DNA of 60,536 bases, counting the filler, from Sphacelaria rigidula (taxonomy: Eukaryota): NCBI GenBank assembly GCA_964200075.2. It is 7 parts of 7 records of this genome, joined end to end, with 100 filler letters (N's around TTAATTAATTAA, not from the genome) between each part and the next. Parts side by side here need not be neighbours in the genome. Positions count along the whole stretch, not along the records: positions 43,314 to 51,875 come from CAXNAA020010775.1; positions 51,976 to 60,536 come from CAXNAA020010776.1; 5 more parts are not named here. One strand, 5' to 3'. The position numbers and the translations under genes were made by a program. A model generated the notes under the pieces. It searched no databases. It had not been told where the DNA came from and saw only the letters and a list, made by a program, of their open reading frames with translations. Below are positions 50,244 through 60,536 of the stretch, piece after piece (position 1 is the first letter of the stretch; every line of letters begins with the position of its first letter).

Positions 50244-51214
50244 GACAGCTCGGTACAGCACGAGTAGCTTCCCATAAGTAATAATTATTCCGATGTCAGA
50301 AGGTCATGGATTATCACAACTCGAAAGGAGAGACGAGAGTGCTCTACGATCAACCGCATGTCGTTGCATTCGAGACCCACGCCATCAACCGCCGACAGCA
50401 AGGGTCTTGTGGCTTTCACGCGACGCTGTCGGCAGTACGCCAGGCAAACCGGATCATAGCTACCTCCCGTCTGCGCAGTGGTGGTCACACTAACAGACTA
50501 CACCGATTTCGCAACACCTGTGAAAGCTGGACAGTTTGATTTTCATGAGCTATATGCACATGATGAAAACGGTTCTGAAAACCTGAGGGAAGGTGTCCGC
50601 TTCAGGTCCAGTGAAACATCAGAAGAAACTGTCCAACGGCAAAAGGCAACTTTTCGGGCATCGGCGTCGAACACTGCTCGAACAACGGAACATATTTCGA
50701 CAAGTTAATGTTCGTATCAGAAACCCATGCGCTTGGAACACTTTGCAGCTTCGAAGACACAGATTTTGATGGAAAGAAACTTCTCCGGGCCCCCATGTGT
50801 GTTGTACCCCCCTGTAAAAGCCGTTCCTCGTTCATCGATGCCTGGCTGGGGGACAGGGAAGCCATGCTCCCTAAGGTTTTGGGAACCGTTTTCATCTTGT
50901 GCCTGCAGCTCATGCAAGTCAAACTCTCTAGCTTTCACAGGTCTTGCGAAATCGGTGTAGTCTGTAAGTGTGACCACCACTGCGCAGACGGGAGGTAGCT
51001 ATGACCCGGTTTGCCTGGCGTACTGCCGACAGCGTCGCGTGAAAGCCACAAGACCCTTGCTGTCGGCCGTTGATGGCGTGGGTCTCGAATGCAACGGCAT
51101 GCGGTTGATCGTAGAGCACTCTCGTCTCTCCTTTCGAGTTGTGATAATCCATTACCTTCTGACATCGGAATAATTAATACTTATGGGAAGCTACTCGTGC
51201 TGTACCGAGCTGTC
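50244..51214. repeat. Large inverted repeat, ~345-bp arms with ~270-bp spacer
   Basis: Arms 50244-50590 and 50866-51214; mirror ORFs 50285..50488(-) and 50970..51173(+) are near identical. Confidence 0.95.
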
Positions 51215-51425
51215 TGTAATGAGTGAGAGGACCGCGTGCTTAGAGGACCGCGCTGTAGTTCAAAATACCTCAGGATCGACGTTTTTCGAAACCAATCGGG
51301 TCAGTCCCCGCAGGTACCACGCCCCTGACCCTAACCCCAACATTAACTCTAACCCTAACCCTAACCATAGGGGTATTCAAATTCCGATGCGGTCCTCTAA
51401 GCACGCGATCCTGTCACGCATTACA
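51215..51425. mobile_element. 211-bp MITE with TGT...ACA ends and an internal telomere-like tract
   Basis: ~37-bp TIR TGTAATGMGTGAGAGGACCGCGTGCTTAGAGGACCGC and internal CCCTAACCCTAACC; reverse copy at 55014-55224. Confidence 0.85.
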
Positions 51426-51875
51426 ATGACTGCATGGAAGATGTTTTGAGAACTTTGAACGGTGGCAAATGTGAGCTGTTGAAGCATCGTGGGGAGGTTT
51501 TAGTTTGGATCATTTACAAGCCCTGTTTCGTGCGTGAGTGTGGCTCAACACAACGGCTGTATTGTGTGTGAACGGACAACAGGACAACAGACGAAATCGT
51601 TTCCCCTGGAGAATGGAACAGTCAACCCTTCACCCCGCCCCAGAATGATATATATATATATATATGTTGTTATATATATGTGTTCATGTGTCAAACACGG
51701 GATCCTACAAATTGGGGATGGATCTATTCTTGGGGATGAGAAATCCAGAGATTTAAAATCTTCGTATCCACACCAACTCTTCGAAGTATGGTTCCATTTC
51801 TTTACCTACTGATAGCTATTGACGACTGCGACACGCCATAGAAATATGGATTTCGATCACCGAAATGTTGAGGTC

Positions 51876-51975
51876 NNNNNNNNNNNNNNNNNNNNNNNNN
51901 NNNNNNNNNNNNNNNNNNNTTAATTAATTAANNNNNNNNNNNNNNNNNNNNNNNNNNNNNNNNNNNNNNNNNNNN
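51876..51975. other. Artificial contig linker
   Basis: N44-TTAATTAATTAA-N44. Confidence 0.98.
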
Positions 51976-52901
51976 CCCCCCCCCCCCCCCCCCCCTCCTC
52001 ACGCAAACAAAACCCCCCCCCCCCCCCCCCCCCCTCCCCCTGAGAGGTCCATGACAAAAAAAGTGGGTACTTGACTCTGGTAGAAAAAGACAAAATCCTG
52101 TACCCTTGATATCAAAGTAATTGATGTGAAAAAGATGAAACAAAATAACTACCAAGGTCTGGACCGGGTACTGAGGACCTGCGACCCAGCCTATCATCGG
52201 TGACTACTAATATCCCTCTGATGACGCATGTTCCCGTGGGTACATGCCGTGCGTTCGAGGGAGGCATATCATGCGGATCAGGCGATACTCGGGGCACATA
52301 TATCCTAGGAAAACAAGCAAGAATTGACTCGAGTAGCAGCATGAACACTGGCATGCAAAGATTGACTAGGTGCTGCAATATATACGGCAGCATTGCAGGC
52401 GGACGAACGCTCTGCAGACACAGGGTAACCATCGAGGATATCATTAAGATGAGCTCCAGACCCGATCGAACGGGATAGGCTTGCAGAGTGACTGGGCTGT
52501 TTCACTAGTGTATGCTGCATCTGCTACAAATATTCAGTTGCACTGGAAGTATAACTTGAATAGTGACAGTATCTACTTGTCATCACCAACACTTATTTCG
52601 TAGTGAAAATGAGTCAGATCATCAATAGAAGTTAGCAGTAGACCACAATGCCTGCATTTACAGTTCGTACGGGTTTTACCGCTAATCTCGAGTATGTATA
52701 TTCGGAAATGTTACTTCTTGATTTCCGACTTGCCCGTCGAAATGACGTTTCAGCTTTGGAGACACCAGCGCTGCACGGTACAGTGCGGTGCGGTACAGTG
52801 CAGGAGAGTGTAGCGAACATATCGAGGATACGCAGTCAACCATTTGCGTGAGGAATCAACGTTCATGCACAAATCAGTCGCCTGGTTGGAAAATGACCTA
52901 C

Positions 52902-52991
52902 TTTGAGGTGCCGCCTACGTTGGCAAAAGCCCCGCCACTGTGACCGTCGAAGGCCCAGCCGTTGACGCTGAACAGGGAATCACCCGCGATC
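52902..52991 (-). CDS. Exon of a beta-helix / polymorphic-membrane-protein-like repeat protein
   Basis: CTCCTTTGCCAG| acceptor, AA|GTAGGT donor, phase 2/2; IAGDSLFSVNGWAFDGHSGGAFANVGGTS (FxxN..GGA motifs). Confidence 0.7.
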
Positions 52992-53434
52992 CTGGCAAAG
53001 GAGATATCAAGGGAAACGGAGGACAGATGGACGAGTAAAAGGGAAAACCAGGGGGAACGAATACAGCTATAGAGACGGAGGGATTGAACAGGGGTCAGGA
53101 TATGAAGAGGAGTAGCAACATCCGAACACAACAAGTTTACAGAGAGCAGTAACCAACTGAACAACAAATTTACGCGGGCGTTGTGTGTATACATACTGTA
53201 TAAATATCAAACGCGAGCCAAAACGTGGTATTTATACACAGAATTGAAGAACTGGTTCTAGATCCTTCCACTTGCACCCACCGCAGAACATAATGAATAG
53301 TATGGTCATTCATTCAACACGAACATAGGTATGTCCGAATCTCAAGTGTTTTCCGATCTGCAATGAGCAGAGCACCTCGGGGCAGTGTACAGTAAAACTC
53401 ATCACTTTACTTTTGATCTGTGGATGATCTGTAC

Positions 53435-53503
53435 CTGACACTCCCGCCGTCATTCCTGATGCCCAGGTATCTGTTGTCTTCCAGTGTCACGTCCCCATGG
53501 AAG
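53435..53503 (-). CDS. Exon of the same beta-helix repeat protein
   Basis: TAG| acceptor, AG|GTACAG donor, 69 bp, phase 2/2; FHGDVTLEDNRYLGIRNDGGSV(R). Confidence 0.7.
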
Positions 53504-54572
53504 CTACACCATGTTTCCCCCCAAGGAACAAGAGTGAAATAGGAACAAGGACAAACGGCACAAAGCAAATACGAAGAGACGCAAGCGACACATTAGGTGG
53601 TCAGGAGTGGGCATGATGTCTGTCCACCTCTAGAAGGCAAGAACCGGCGAAATGCGTACAGGCGATATACGGTATGCCATGTTCGGTGCGCGAAGGTGAA
53701 ACCGCAAAGGCTACAGGGATTCCAAGCGCCCCATCTGTTGTGCAACAAGCACCTGCGTGACGAGCGCGAGTGGAGTATATGAGGACACCACCAACGCACG
53801 TTGACCGACCCTTTGTCGTCCGTCCGCGAATCTTTAAAGATGCTATTGTGCGCTGGTGGTGGTTGTCGGGTACTACAGTAGTGCAAATGTTCCTTCTCTC
53901 GGGCCAATTCAGCAGTGAATGCGCAGTATGGCGTACGGTATTATCATCAGTCTTGTGATGATGACCGACTCAGGTTTAGTTCAGAAGGTTACAGCGATAA
54001 GTAAATGAACAATATATATATATATATATATGTATATGCCACGTACACACGATGACGATGAGTGCTTCCGCCCATTTACCTCGGGTACGTCTACATTGCG
54101 ACCGTGGCTGAACTCGTCCGCGGGCCAGTCCATGTGATGAAATCAATCGAGATGTGAGTCCATCGATCATCGATCGAAGTCGATGTCTTTGCGAATCTTC
54201 ACATGCTACCTCTGGCTCTTGCCATCATCGTCAGATGCCTGGTCAGCATACCAATAAACCACCACGTCGAATCAACAACTAAATCAGCCAATCAAGTGAA
54301 AACAATCAAGGAACAAACTCTCGCCTTGTTTGTCCAGTGCTGCAAGCGAATTTTGAGCGTCATCGTTTTCGCCAACCACTCAAGATATGTATATATATAT
54401 ATACATATCATTTCGCAGTACTTGTCGCTCGTGTCATCCTTTCCACATATAAACCACAGCAAACATTTCTTCATGCAGACTACCAACCACCACAATAATT
54501 AAGAGTGTGTTTTTATTCTGCTCGATGGAATCTTCGAAGTAAATCATGACCCACGAATCGGGATGGCCTCAC

Positions 54573-54641
54573 ATGAGCGTGCCCAGATTGTCCCTGAAGA
54601 CGTTCGTGCCAACGTTGTGGAGGTATGCGTTCCCCCGAAAC
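54573..54641 (-). CDS. Exon of the same beta-helix repeat protein
   Basis: TTTCACCACAG| acceptor, AT|GTGAGG donor, 69 bp, phase 2/2; FRGNAYLHNVGTNVFRDNLGTL(I). Confidence 0.7.
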
Positions 54642-55013
54642 CTGTGGTGAAAGAATGATTGAAAATGACGAGGCAGGAGGTGAAGTAAACGCACGTCGGG
54701 GTTTCATGAGCGCATCTGCGGATGCTCAAAATGCACTTTCAATGCTTGGCAATCGCAGGTTCCGGGCCGTGGCCGCATTGCGGTCTCTGAGAACGTTCGC
54801 TCAAAATGTTCTCTGAGAATATGGTGTATCCAGGAACCATCTTCTTGTTGTAGATGGTATGGGATAGGCTTGCCGTATGCGAAACCGCGATGAGCTCTGT
54901 TTCGAGAGGGCAGTGAGGGAGTGAGGGGGGGGGCGGGGGGCGTACTTATTTGTTGTTTGCCTTAGTCGTTTGACCATTGACCACGCATCCCTTCCCAGAC
55001 GGAGCACCGTTCA

Positions 55014-55224
55014 TGTAATGCGTGAGAGGACCGCGTGCTTAGAGGCCCGCATCGGATTTTGAACATCCCTGTGGTTAGGCTTAGGGTCAGGGTTAGTGTT
55101 AGGGTTATGGTCAGAGGCGTGGTACCTGCAGGGACTGGCCCGATTGGTTTTGAAAAACGTCGATCCTGCGGTGTTTTGAACTACGGCGCAGTCCCCTAAG
55201 CTCCCGGTCCTTTCACGCATTACA
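55014..55224. mobile_element. TGT...ACA MITE inserted in the LINE 3' end
   Basis: Splits LINE sequence GGAGCACCGTTCC; flanks GTTCA/GTTCC. Confidence 0.85.
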
Positions 55225-57182
55225 GTTCCTACTCCTAATAGAGACACCTCCAATATTCCGGCGCGCATTACGTTTCTTCCATACATTACACAAAACCTTC
55301 TACCAATCGTTTCCCCGTCCTGTTTCGCCGTCTGCGGCCACCATCTATCTCCTAGTATAGCCATCGTTTTCTCCACACTTTTAATGCGTCAAACAACTTT
55401 TCATTCCACCTTCGTTCACGTCTCACATTTCCCCCTCTAGTACGTCCCGTTCCTCCTTACACAGTTCACATTCTGCCACTGAATGACTTCCGCTCTATTT
55501 GCTTTACGACAGGGTTACTTCTGTGAATCTACTTCCTCCTCCTTTCGACGGCTGATATCTCTTTCTTCTTTCTGGCAGGTCCAGGTCCCCCACCCGAGAT
55601 CGCAGTTCCAGAATTTTCGCAGCGTCCATTGGGTCACGCAAATATGCTTTCATCCCTATCCCCTCTTTCAACCCCCCCGTATATCTTCTGATGTTCTTAC
55701 TCGTCTACCTTGCGTCTGAGCGCTCCTTTCCGCCCTATTTCCATCATGTCTCTTACTTTTGCCTTGTACCCCGCGCCTTCACCTATGGACAATATTTCGT
55801 CGTGGGTTCCTCCTATCTCTTTCCGTACGTTCTCGAGTACTCCCCACCTTATTCCAGCATTCCCTTTCGTCGTTTTCTTCCATACAGTCCTATCGACTAA
55901 AGCTGGCAATCGCTTTCTCTGCGTGTTCTTTACGCTATATTGCCATCGCAATTTCCTCATGTCGCTGTTTGTCTCCAGTAATTACATTCCCAACTCTGCT
56001 CTCAATGCTCTATTGCTCGTCGTTTTCGAGCGTCCAAGTATTTTCTCAGCTGCTGCCATCTATACTGAGTTCAACTTCTTCACCAACTTCACGTTCCCTT
56101 TCATCTCCTGCATATTCCAGCTTTGGTACGATCACGTTCATCAGGATACATCTCTTGATCCTGGTGTCTAGGTGCGGGTCTCTGAGGATCACGTCCATCC
56201 TGCCTATCTGTGTCTTATCCTTTTCCATTACTTTGTTTATGTGTGCATCCGAAGAACAGTTTCTTGAGATCTCTACGCCAAGGTACGTACACTGGTCTAC
56301 GATCGGCAGTTCCTCTTCTCCCCGCTTCCATTTGAACTCTACCGGATTTTTCTTCTCTTCGTTACAGACGAGTACCGCGCATTTGTGGACGTTCGCTGTC
56401 ACTCTCCGTTTCCTAGTGTATTCTGGCGCCTTGTCTTTCTGTGTCTGTAGTCCTTCTGGTATCTCTGAAATCCCCACAAAATCATCTGCGAACATCAAAC
56501 CTGATATCACATCCTCACCCACTTTGACTCCTTGCTTTGCTGCTTCTATTGCTATTATCAGCTTATGAATAAAGACCTTGAACAAAGTGGGTGATAACGT
56601 ACATCCTTGTGCAACTCCTTGTAAAATATAAAAACATTTCTTTATTTTCCCCCGTCTAGCACCATGGCACTTTTGGCAGATTCTGTCATCTTCTTCACCA
56701 TTCTTCACATCTTTCCTCTGATTCCAGCTTCCCACAACTTTTCCCACAACCCATTCCTCTATACTGTGTCATAAGCCTTTTGCACGTCCAGAAAGAAACA
56801 ATACGTTCTCAGTCCGGTGTCTTTCCTACCCTGAATAACCCTACTTAGTATGTACACATGGTCTACGCAACTACGGTTTGGTTCGAAACCTGCTTGCTCC
56901 TCGCTGATTTTGTCTCCCTTTTCTAGGATCGTTCCTACTCTATCGTTCAGAATCTCACCGAACGTTTTCCCTACCGTGCTCAGTAGCGTTATCCCTCTAT
57001 TGTTTCCTGGGTCAGCCTTGTCTCTTCTTTTGAAAAGATTGACGACTACTCCTTCTTTTCACCTCTTTGGTGTGTCCTCGTTTTCCCAGATTCAGTTGTA
57101 CAGCATAGCCATCATGGCAATCGTTCCCTTTCCCCCAAACTTCAGAAATTCATTCACTATTCCGTCTGCCCCTGCTGCTTTT

Positions 57183-57213
57183 ATGACTATGGCATGCATG
57201 CTCATGAGTACAC
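57183..57213 (+). mobile_element. 31-nt ultra-truncated LINE-B 3' end
   Basis: ATGACTATGGCATGCATGCTCATGAGTACAC between 14-bp direct repeats CCCCTGCTGCTTTT (57169-82, 57214-27). Confidence 0.85.
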
Positions 57214-58365
57214 CCCCTGCTGCTTTTTCTGTTCTTGGGTTTAGCTACGCAATCCTTTACGTCATCTCTGTTGAATTTTCTATGCAATTCTTTCGAGCCA
57301 TTATCCTCCCGTTTTGACGTCTCTCCGCATTTGCCTCTGCCCACGCGTCGATTTCTTTTTCGAATTCTATGTCGAACTCCGTGGTTATTTCTGGTGTTCC
57401 TAGTTTACGGTAGTGCTCGACTAGCACTTCTCTCTTTTCCTTCGAACTACTGATCATTGCACCGTTCTGTGCCTGGAGTGTAGCTATCCCTTTATTCATC
57501 TTTCCTACCTGGTTTCTCGCTATCCCTTTTATCCCTACCCTCATTTGTTTCATCCCGCCATCGAAATACACATTTGTTTTATTCACAACATGTTACCATA
57601 CTTCCTTCTTTTTCTGCCGAACCATCTTTTTTACATCCTTTCGAGCTTTAGTACACTCCTCCCATCCTACCGTCGTTCTGGTCGATATCCATCTCGCGTG
57701 GGCCTTTCTCCTTACTCTTGTAGCCTCTTTCACTTCCTCATCCCACCATTTTACTGATCTGTTGCACACGATCAGTTTCTTCTACATGACTTTACTCGCT
57801 GTGTTTTTGACCATCTATTCCCATCCTTCTGTGATCTTCGCTCCTGCTCGATTTCTTTCCATTTCGATATCAACTGTTCCTAGGCGTTCCAAGAGTTCGG
57901 AAAATGTGACTGCATTTTCGGCTATCTCTTCTTAGAACTCTTGCCATTTTTCTTTTACAGCTAGTTTATCGATTCTCCATTTTTACAACTTTCTACCCCG
58001 CCTATTTCTTTCATCGTTTGTCTGTTGGCTTTCTGTCCATGTGAAACGATGATCCGTGATTCCCACGTCCTCCGCGCATACATGTACTTTCATTTCTTCA
58101 CTATTTCCATACTCCATCACTATACAGTCAAGAACGGGGCGTTCTATCTCGTTTTTGCACTCTCTAGTTCATGTCCATTGCACCTCTGGCTTTTTCCCTC
58201 TATCGTTCAGCGTCTTCATCTCGTAATGCTCGAGGAGCTTGAACATTTCTACCCCATTCGTGTTCTTCTTATTCTCCCCGTATTGCCCTATGATATCATT
58301 CGGTTGACCTGCTTTTCCTACCCTTGCATTAAAATCTCCCACTAACATTACTTCACCTTGCTACT

Positions 58366-58611
58366 ACACTTTCTACCATAGCCCTCCCCCAAAAGTGCCC
58401 GGTTTGGGGAGGAAAAATCTTCACGCCAATCAAAATGGAAAAAACCGGGTACAACGAACAGCTGGGAATTCTCACGCTTGGGTTCGCCCTCGCCAATGTC
58501 GCCCAAATGAGGCGCTTTATGCAGACTGAACCCGAACATCAGGCGCTTCATGGCCATCTGCTTCGTGACAGTTCTGGGCTGGTTTTTTGGGTGTGCTATC
58601 GCAGAAAGTGT
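58366..58611. mobile_element. ~245-bp TIR insertion in the LINE endonuclease region
   Basis: ACACTTTCTACCATAGC versus GCTATCGCAGAAAGTGT. It interrupts YKRQ/GEVMLVGDFN, with CTTGC duplicated nearby. Confidence 0.6.
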
Positions 58612-59189
58612 CTTGCCTTTTATACTTATGTACATCTGCTGCTGTCTCTCCACAGCTCCGTTGTATATCGTTCACCCTACTCTTCGATTCTGGGGGCATG
58701 TAGATTTTTCCTACGAAGAAATCCTTCGTTCCCCGCTGTCCTAGTCCCCTTATCCATATGCTCTCGTCGAATCTCGCGTTGTCGATCACTTCTTTACTGT
58801 AACATAGATATTCCTTGACTAAGGACCCTACTCCCCCCGCTCCCCAGCTGTTGAACTTCTGTTTCTTCCGCTTTTCCCCCATCCATGCGTACTCTTCAAC
58901 TTTGCATCCTATTTCCGCCCCCTCTTTCTCCCGTTACTCTTGGATTCGTATTAAATCTAGGTCGAGTTTATTCGCTTGTTGCGTTATCTCTTCTCTTCTG
59001 TGCTTGTCTATGACGAACCCACACATGTTCCACGATCCTACTCTTAACTACCTTTCCGAATCATCATCTGCTCTTGTGTTGTCTACTGTTCTGTCTCCGT
59101 CGCTTTTGCTTTTACTTTCCCCTGCTTGGTTGTTCTTCCTGTTTTTGCGTTGGTCTTTGTCACTTTGCTTTTGGCCGTTATGTCCCTTC

Positions 59190-59511
59190 CCCTTCCCCTT
59201 CCGGGCACTTACCTGTTCCTGCATTTCTCCCCCTCCGTTCACCCGTGGACAACGTTGTAGGTTTTTTGTTCCATCAGCTATGCATACTCTCCACCCTACT
59301 CTTCTAACTCATGCCGACACCTTACCTGCCTCTATCTTTTCTGCATGATCATGAGTACACCCTTCCCCTTCCGGGCACTTACCTGTTCCTGCCGTTCTCC
59401 CCCTCCGTTCACCCGTGGACAACGTCCTAGGATTTTTGTTCCATTACCTATGCATTCTCTCCACCCTACTCTTCTAACTCATGCCGACACCTTACCTGTC
59501 TCTATCATTTC
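59190..59511. repeat. 152-bp direct duplication flanking an 18-nt LINE-B 3' end
   Basis: 59190-59341 and 59360-59511 are separated by TGCATGATCATGAGTACA. Confidence 0.88.
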
Positions 59512-59755
59512 CCACGCCTTGCTCGCGCTCTGGTTTAGCGTGACTCGGAAGTGTTCTTCTTCCGTTCCTACTTTATTTCTCGCCAAGCAGTATGGTCCAA
59601 CTCTATTGCATCTCATTTTTCTTGTCATATGGCTACGAACTCCGAATCTCAGCACTACTAGTACTTTACCCGTCTACTTCTCCACCCGCCGTTCCTTACC
59701 GTCTCTCTCTCGACCTTTTTCGAGAGAATCTCTAGCTTCTTCGTTTCAATTGTAG

Positions 59756-60330
59756 TGGGGGGCGAGGGGGGGCGAGGGGGTGAAAGCATACTCACTTGTT
59801 GCTTGCCTCAATCATTCGACCGTTGACCACGCATCCCTTTCGAGGCGGAGAACTGCTACTACTGCTGGAAGAGACATCTCCAATATTTAGGCGCCCATTG
59901 CGTTTATCCGCAAATTACATGGGACGTTTTCCATACCTTATCCCTTCCTGTTTCGCCGTCTGCGGTCATCATCAATGTCGCCGTATTGCGGTCATTTTCT
60001 CCCTGCTACCTAATGTACCGGCCGATTTCATGTCACATGCGTTTAGGTCCTTCGTCTCCCACTGTAACATGTTGTGCTCCTCCTTCCACAGTTCGCTTTT
60101 TCCCACTGCATGAGCTCTACTCTCTGTTGCTTCACCCCAAGAGGAATTATTGCTCCGTCTCGAAAGGGATGCGTGGTCAATGGTCACATGACTAAGGCAA
60201 GCAACAAATGAGTACGCCCCCCCCCCAAGAGGAATTCTGTGTATCTACTTTCTCCTACACCAAACTACTGGTATAACAGTTTCCTCTCCCTGGCAGGTCC
60301 AGCTCCACACCCGAAACCGTACTTCCGGTG
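59756..60330 (-). mobile_element. Older LINE-A 3' fragment
   Basis: Similar to 54940-55620; G-rich (C-tail) end at 59756-59780. Confidence 0.8.
60149..60222 (+). mobile_element. 74-nt truncated LINE-A 3' end with poly(C) tail
   Basis: Ends AAATGAGTACG+C6; flanked by 14-bp TSD CCCCAAGAGGAATT (60135-48, 60223-36). Confidence 0.9.
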
Positions 60331-60536
60331 CTTTCACGTAGTGAGAGAGCAAGGGGTGGAGAAACTCTCCGTGAAGTGAGACCTCGATATGATAAAACGA
60401 ATGCAGGGCAACGGTGCAGTGACTGATGATAAATTACTCTAGAAAAACGAGACCCCCCCCCCCCCCCCCACACCCCCGTCCCGGGAGAACCCCGCGCGCC
60501 CCCTCCCCCCCTTCGCGCGGGCGACCCCCCCCGGGG

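Larger units (their letters stand above)
54922..59755 (-). mobile_element. Near full-length decayed LINE (RTE-like, APE endonuclease + RT), subfamily A
   Basis: APE motif GDFNARVG (~58340); RT motifs KAAGADG, EQAGF, FLDVQKAYD, QGCTLSPTLF, FADD. Many stops, frameshifts and nested insertions; 3' end AAGTACG(C)n. Confidence 0.92.

Noticed and set aside
8564-51975. Regularly spaced identical TTAATTAATTAA repeats resembling an array
   Set aside because: Synthetic linkers, not CRISPR or satellite.
55710-59755. Long plus-strand ORFs (e.g. 55759..56568, 58815..59348)
   Set aside because: Antisense shadows of the purine-rich LINE coding strand.

Overview
Eukaryotic, repeat-rich DNA, most likely from a brown alga (Phaeophyceae). 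The organism call rests on an EsV-1-7 repeat gene, short exons in long introns and TTAGGG-type repeats. The window is not one locus. It is seven unrelated contigs of 8563, 8563, 8563, 8562, 8562, 8562 and 8561 bp, sorted by length and joined by artificial 100-bp N44-TTAATTAATTAA-N44 linkers. Host-gene content: an intronless EsV-1-7 Cys/His repeat gene (contig 1), the first coding exon of an AGC/S6K-like kinase (contig 4), GH16 glucanase exons plus exons of a multi-pass membrane protein (contig 5), and symmetric exons of a beta-helix/Pmp-like protein (contig 7). The rest is transposon-derived: a decayed near-full-length RTE-like LINE and many 3' fragments, Ty3/gypsy pol remnants, a degenerate LTR element, a tRNA-derived SINE, and numerous MITE/foldback families. 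The most striking signal is that the LINE copies end in GAGTAC followed by a C-tract rather than poly(A). Three TSD-bounded insertions all sit at CCC(C) targets, and one has a 152-bp target-site duplication.
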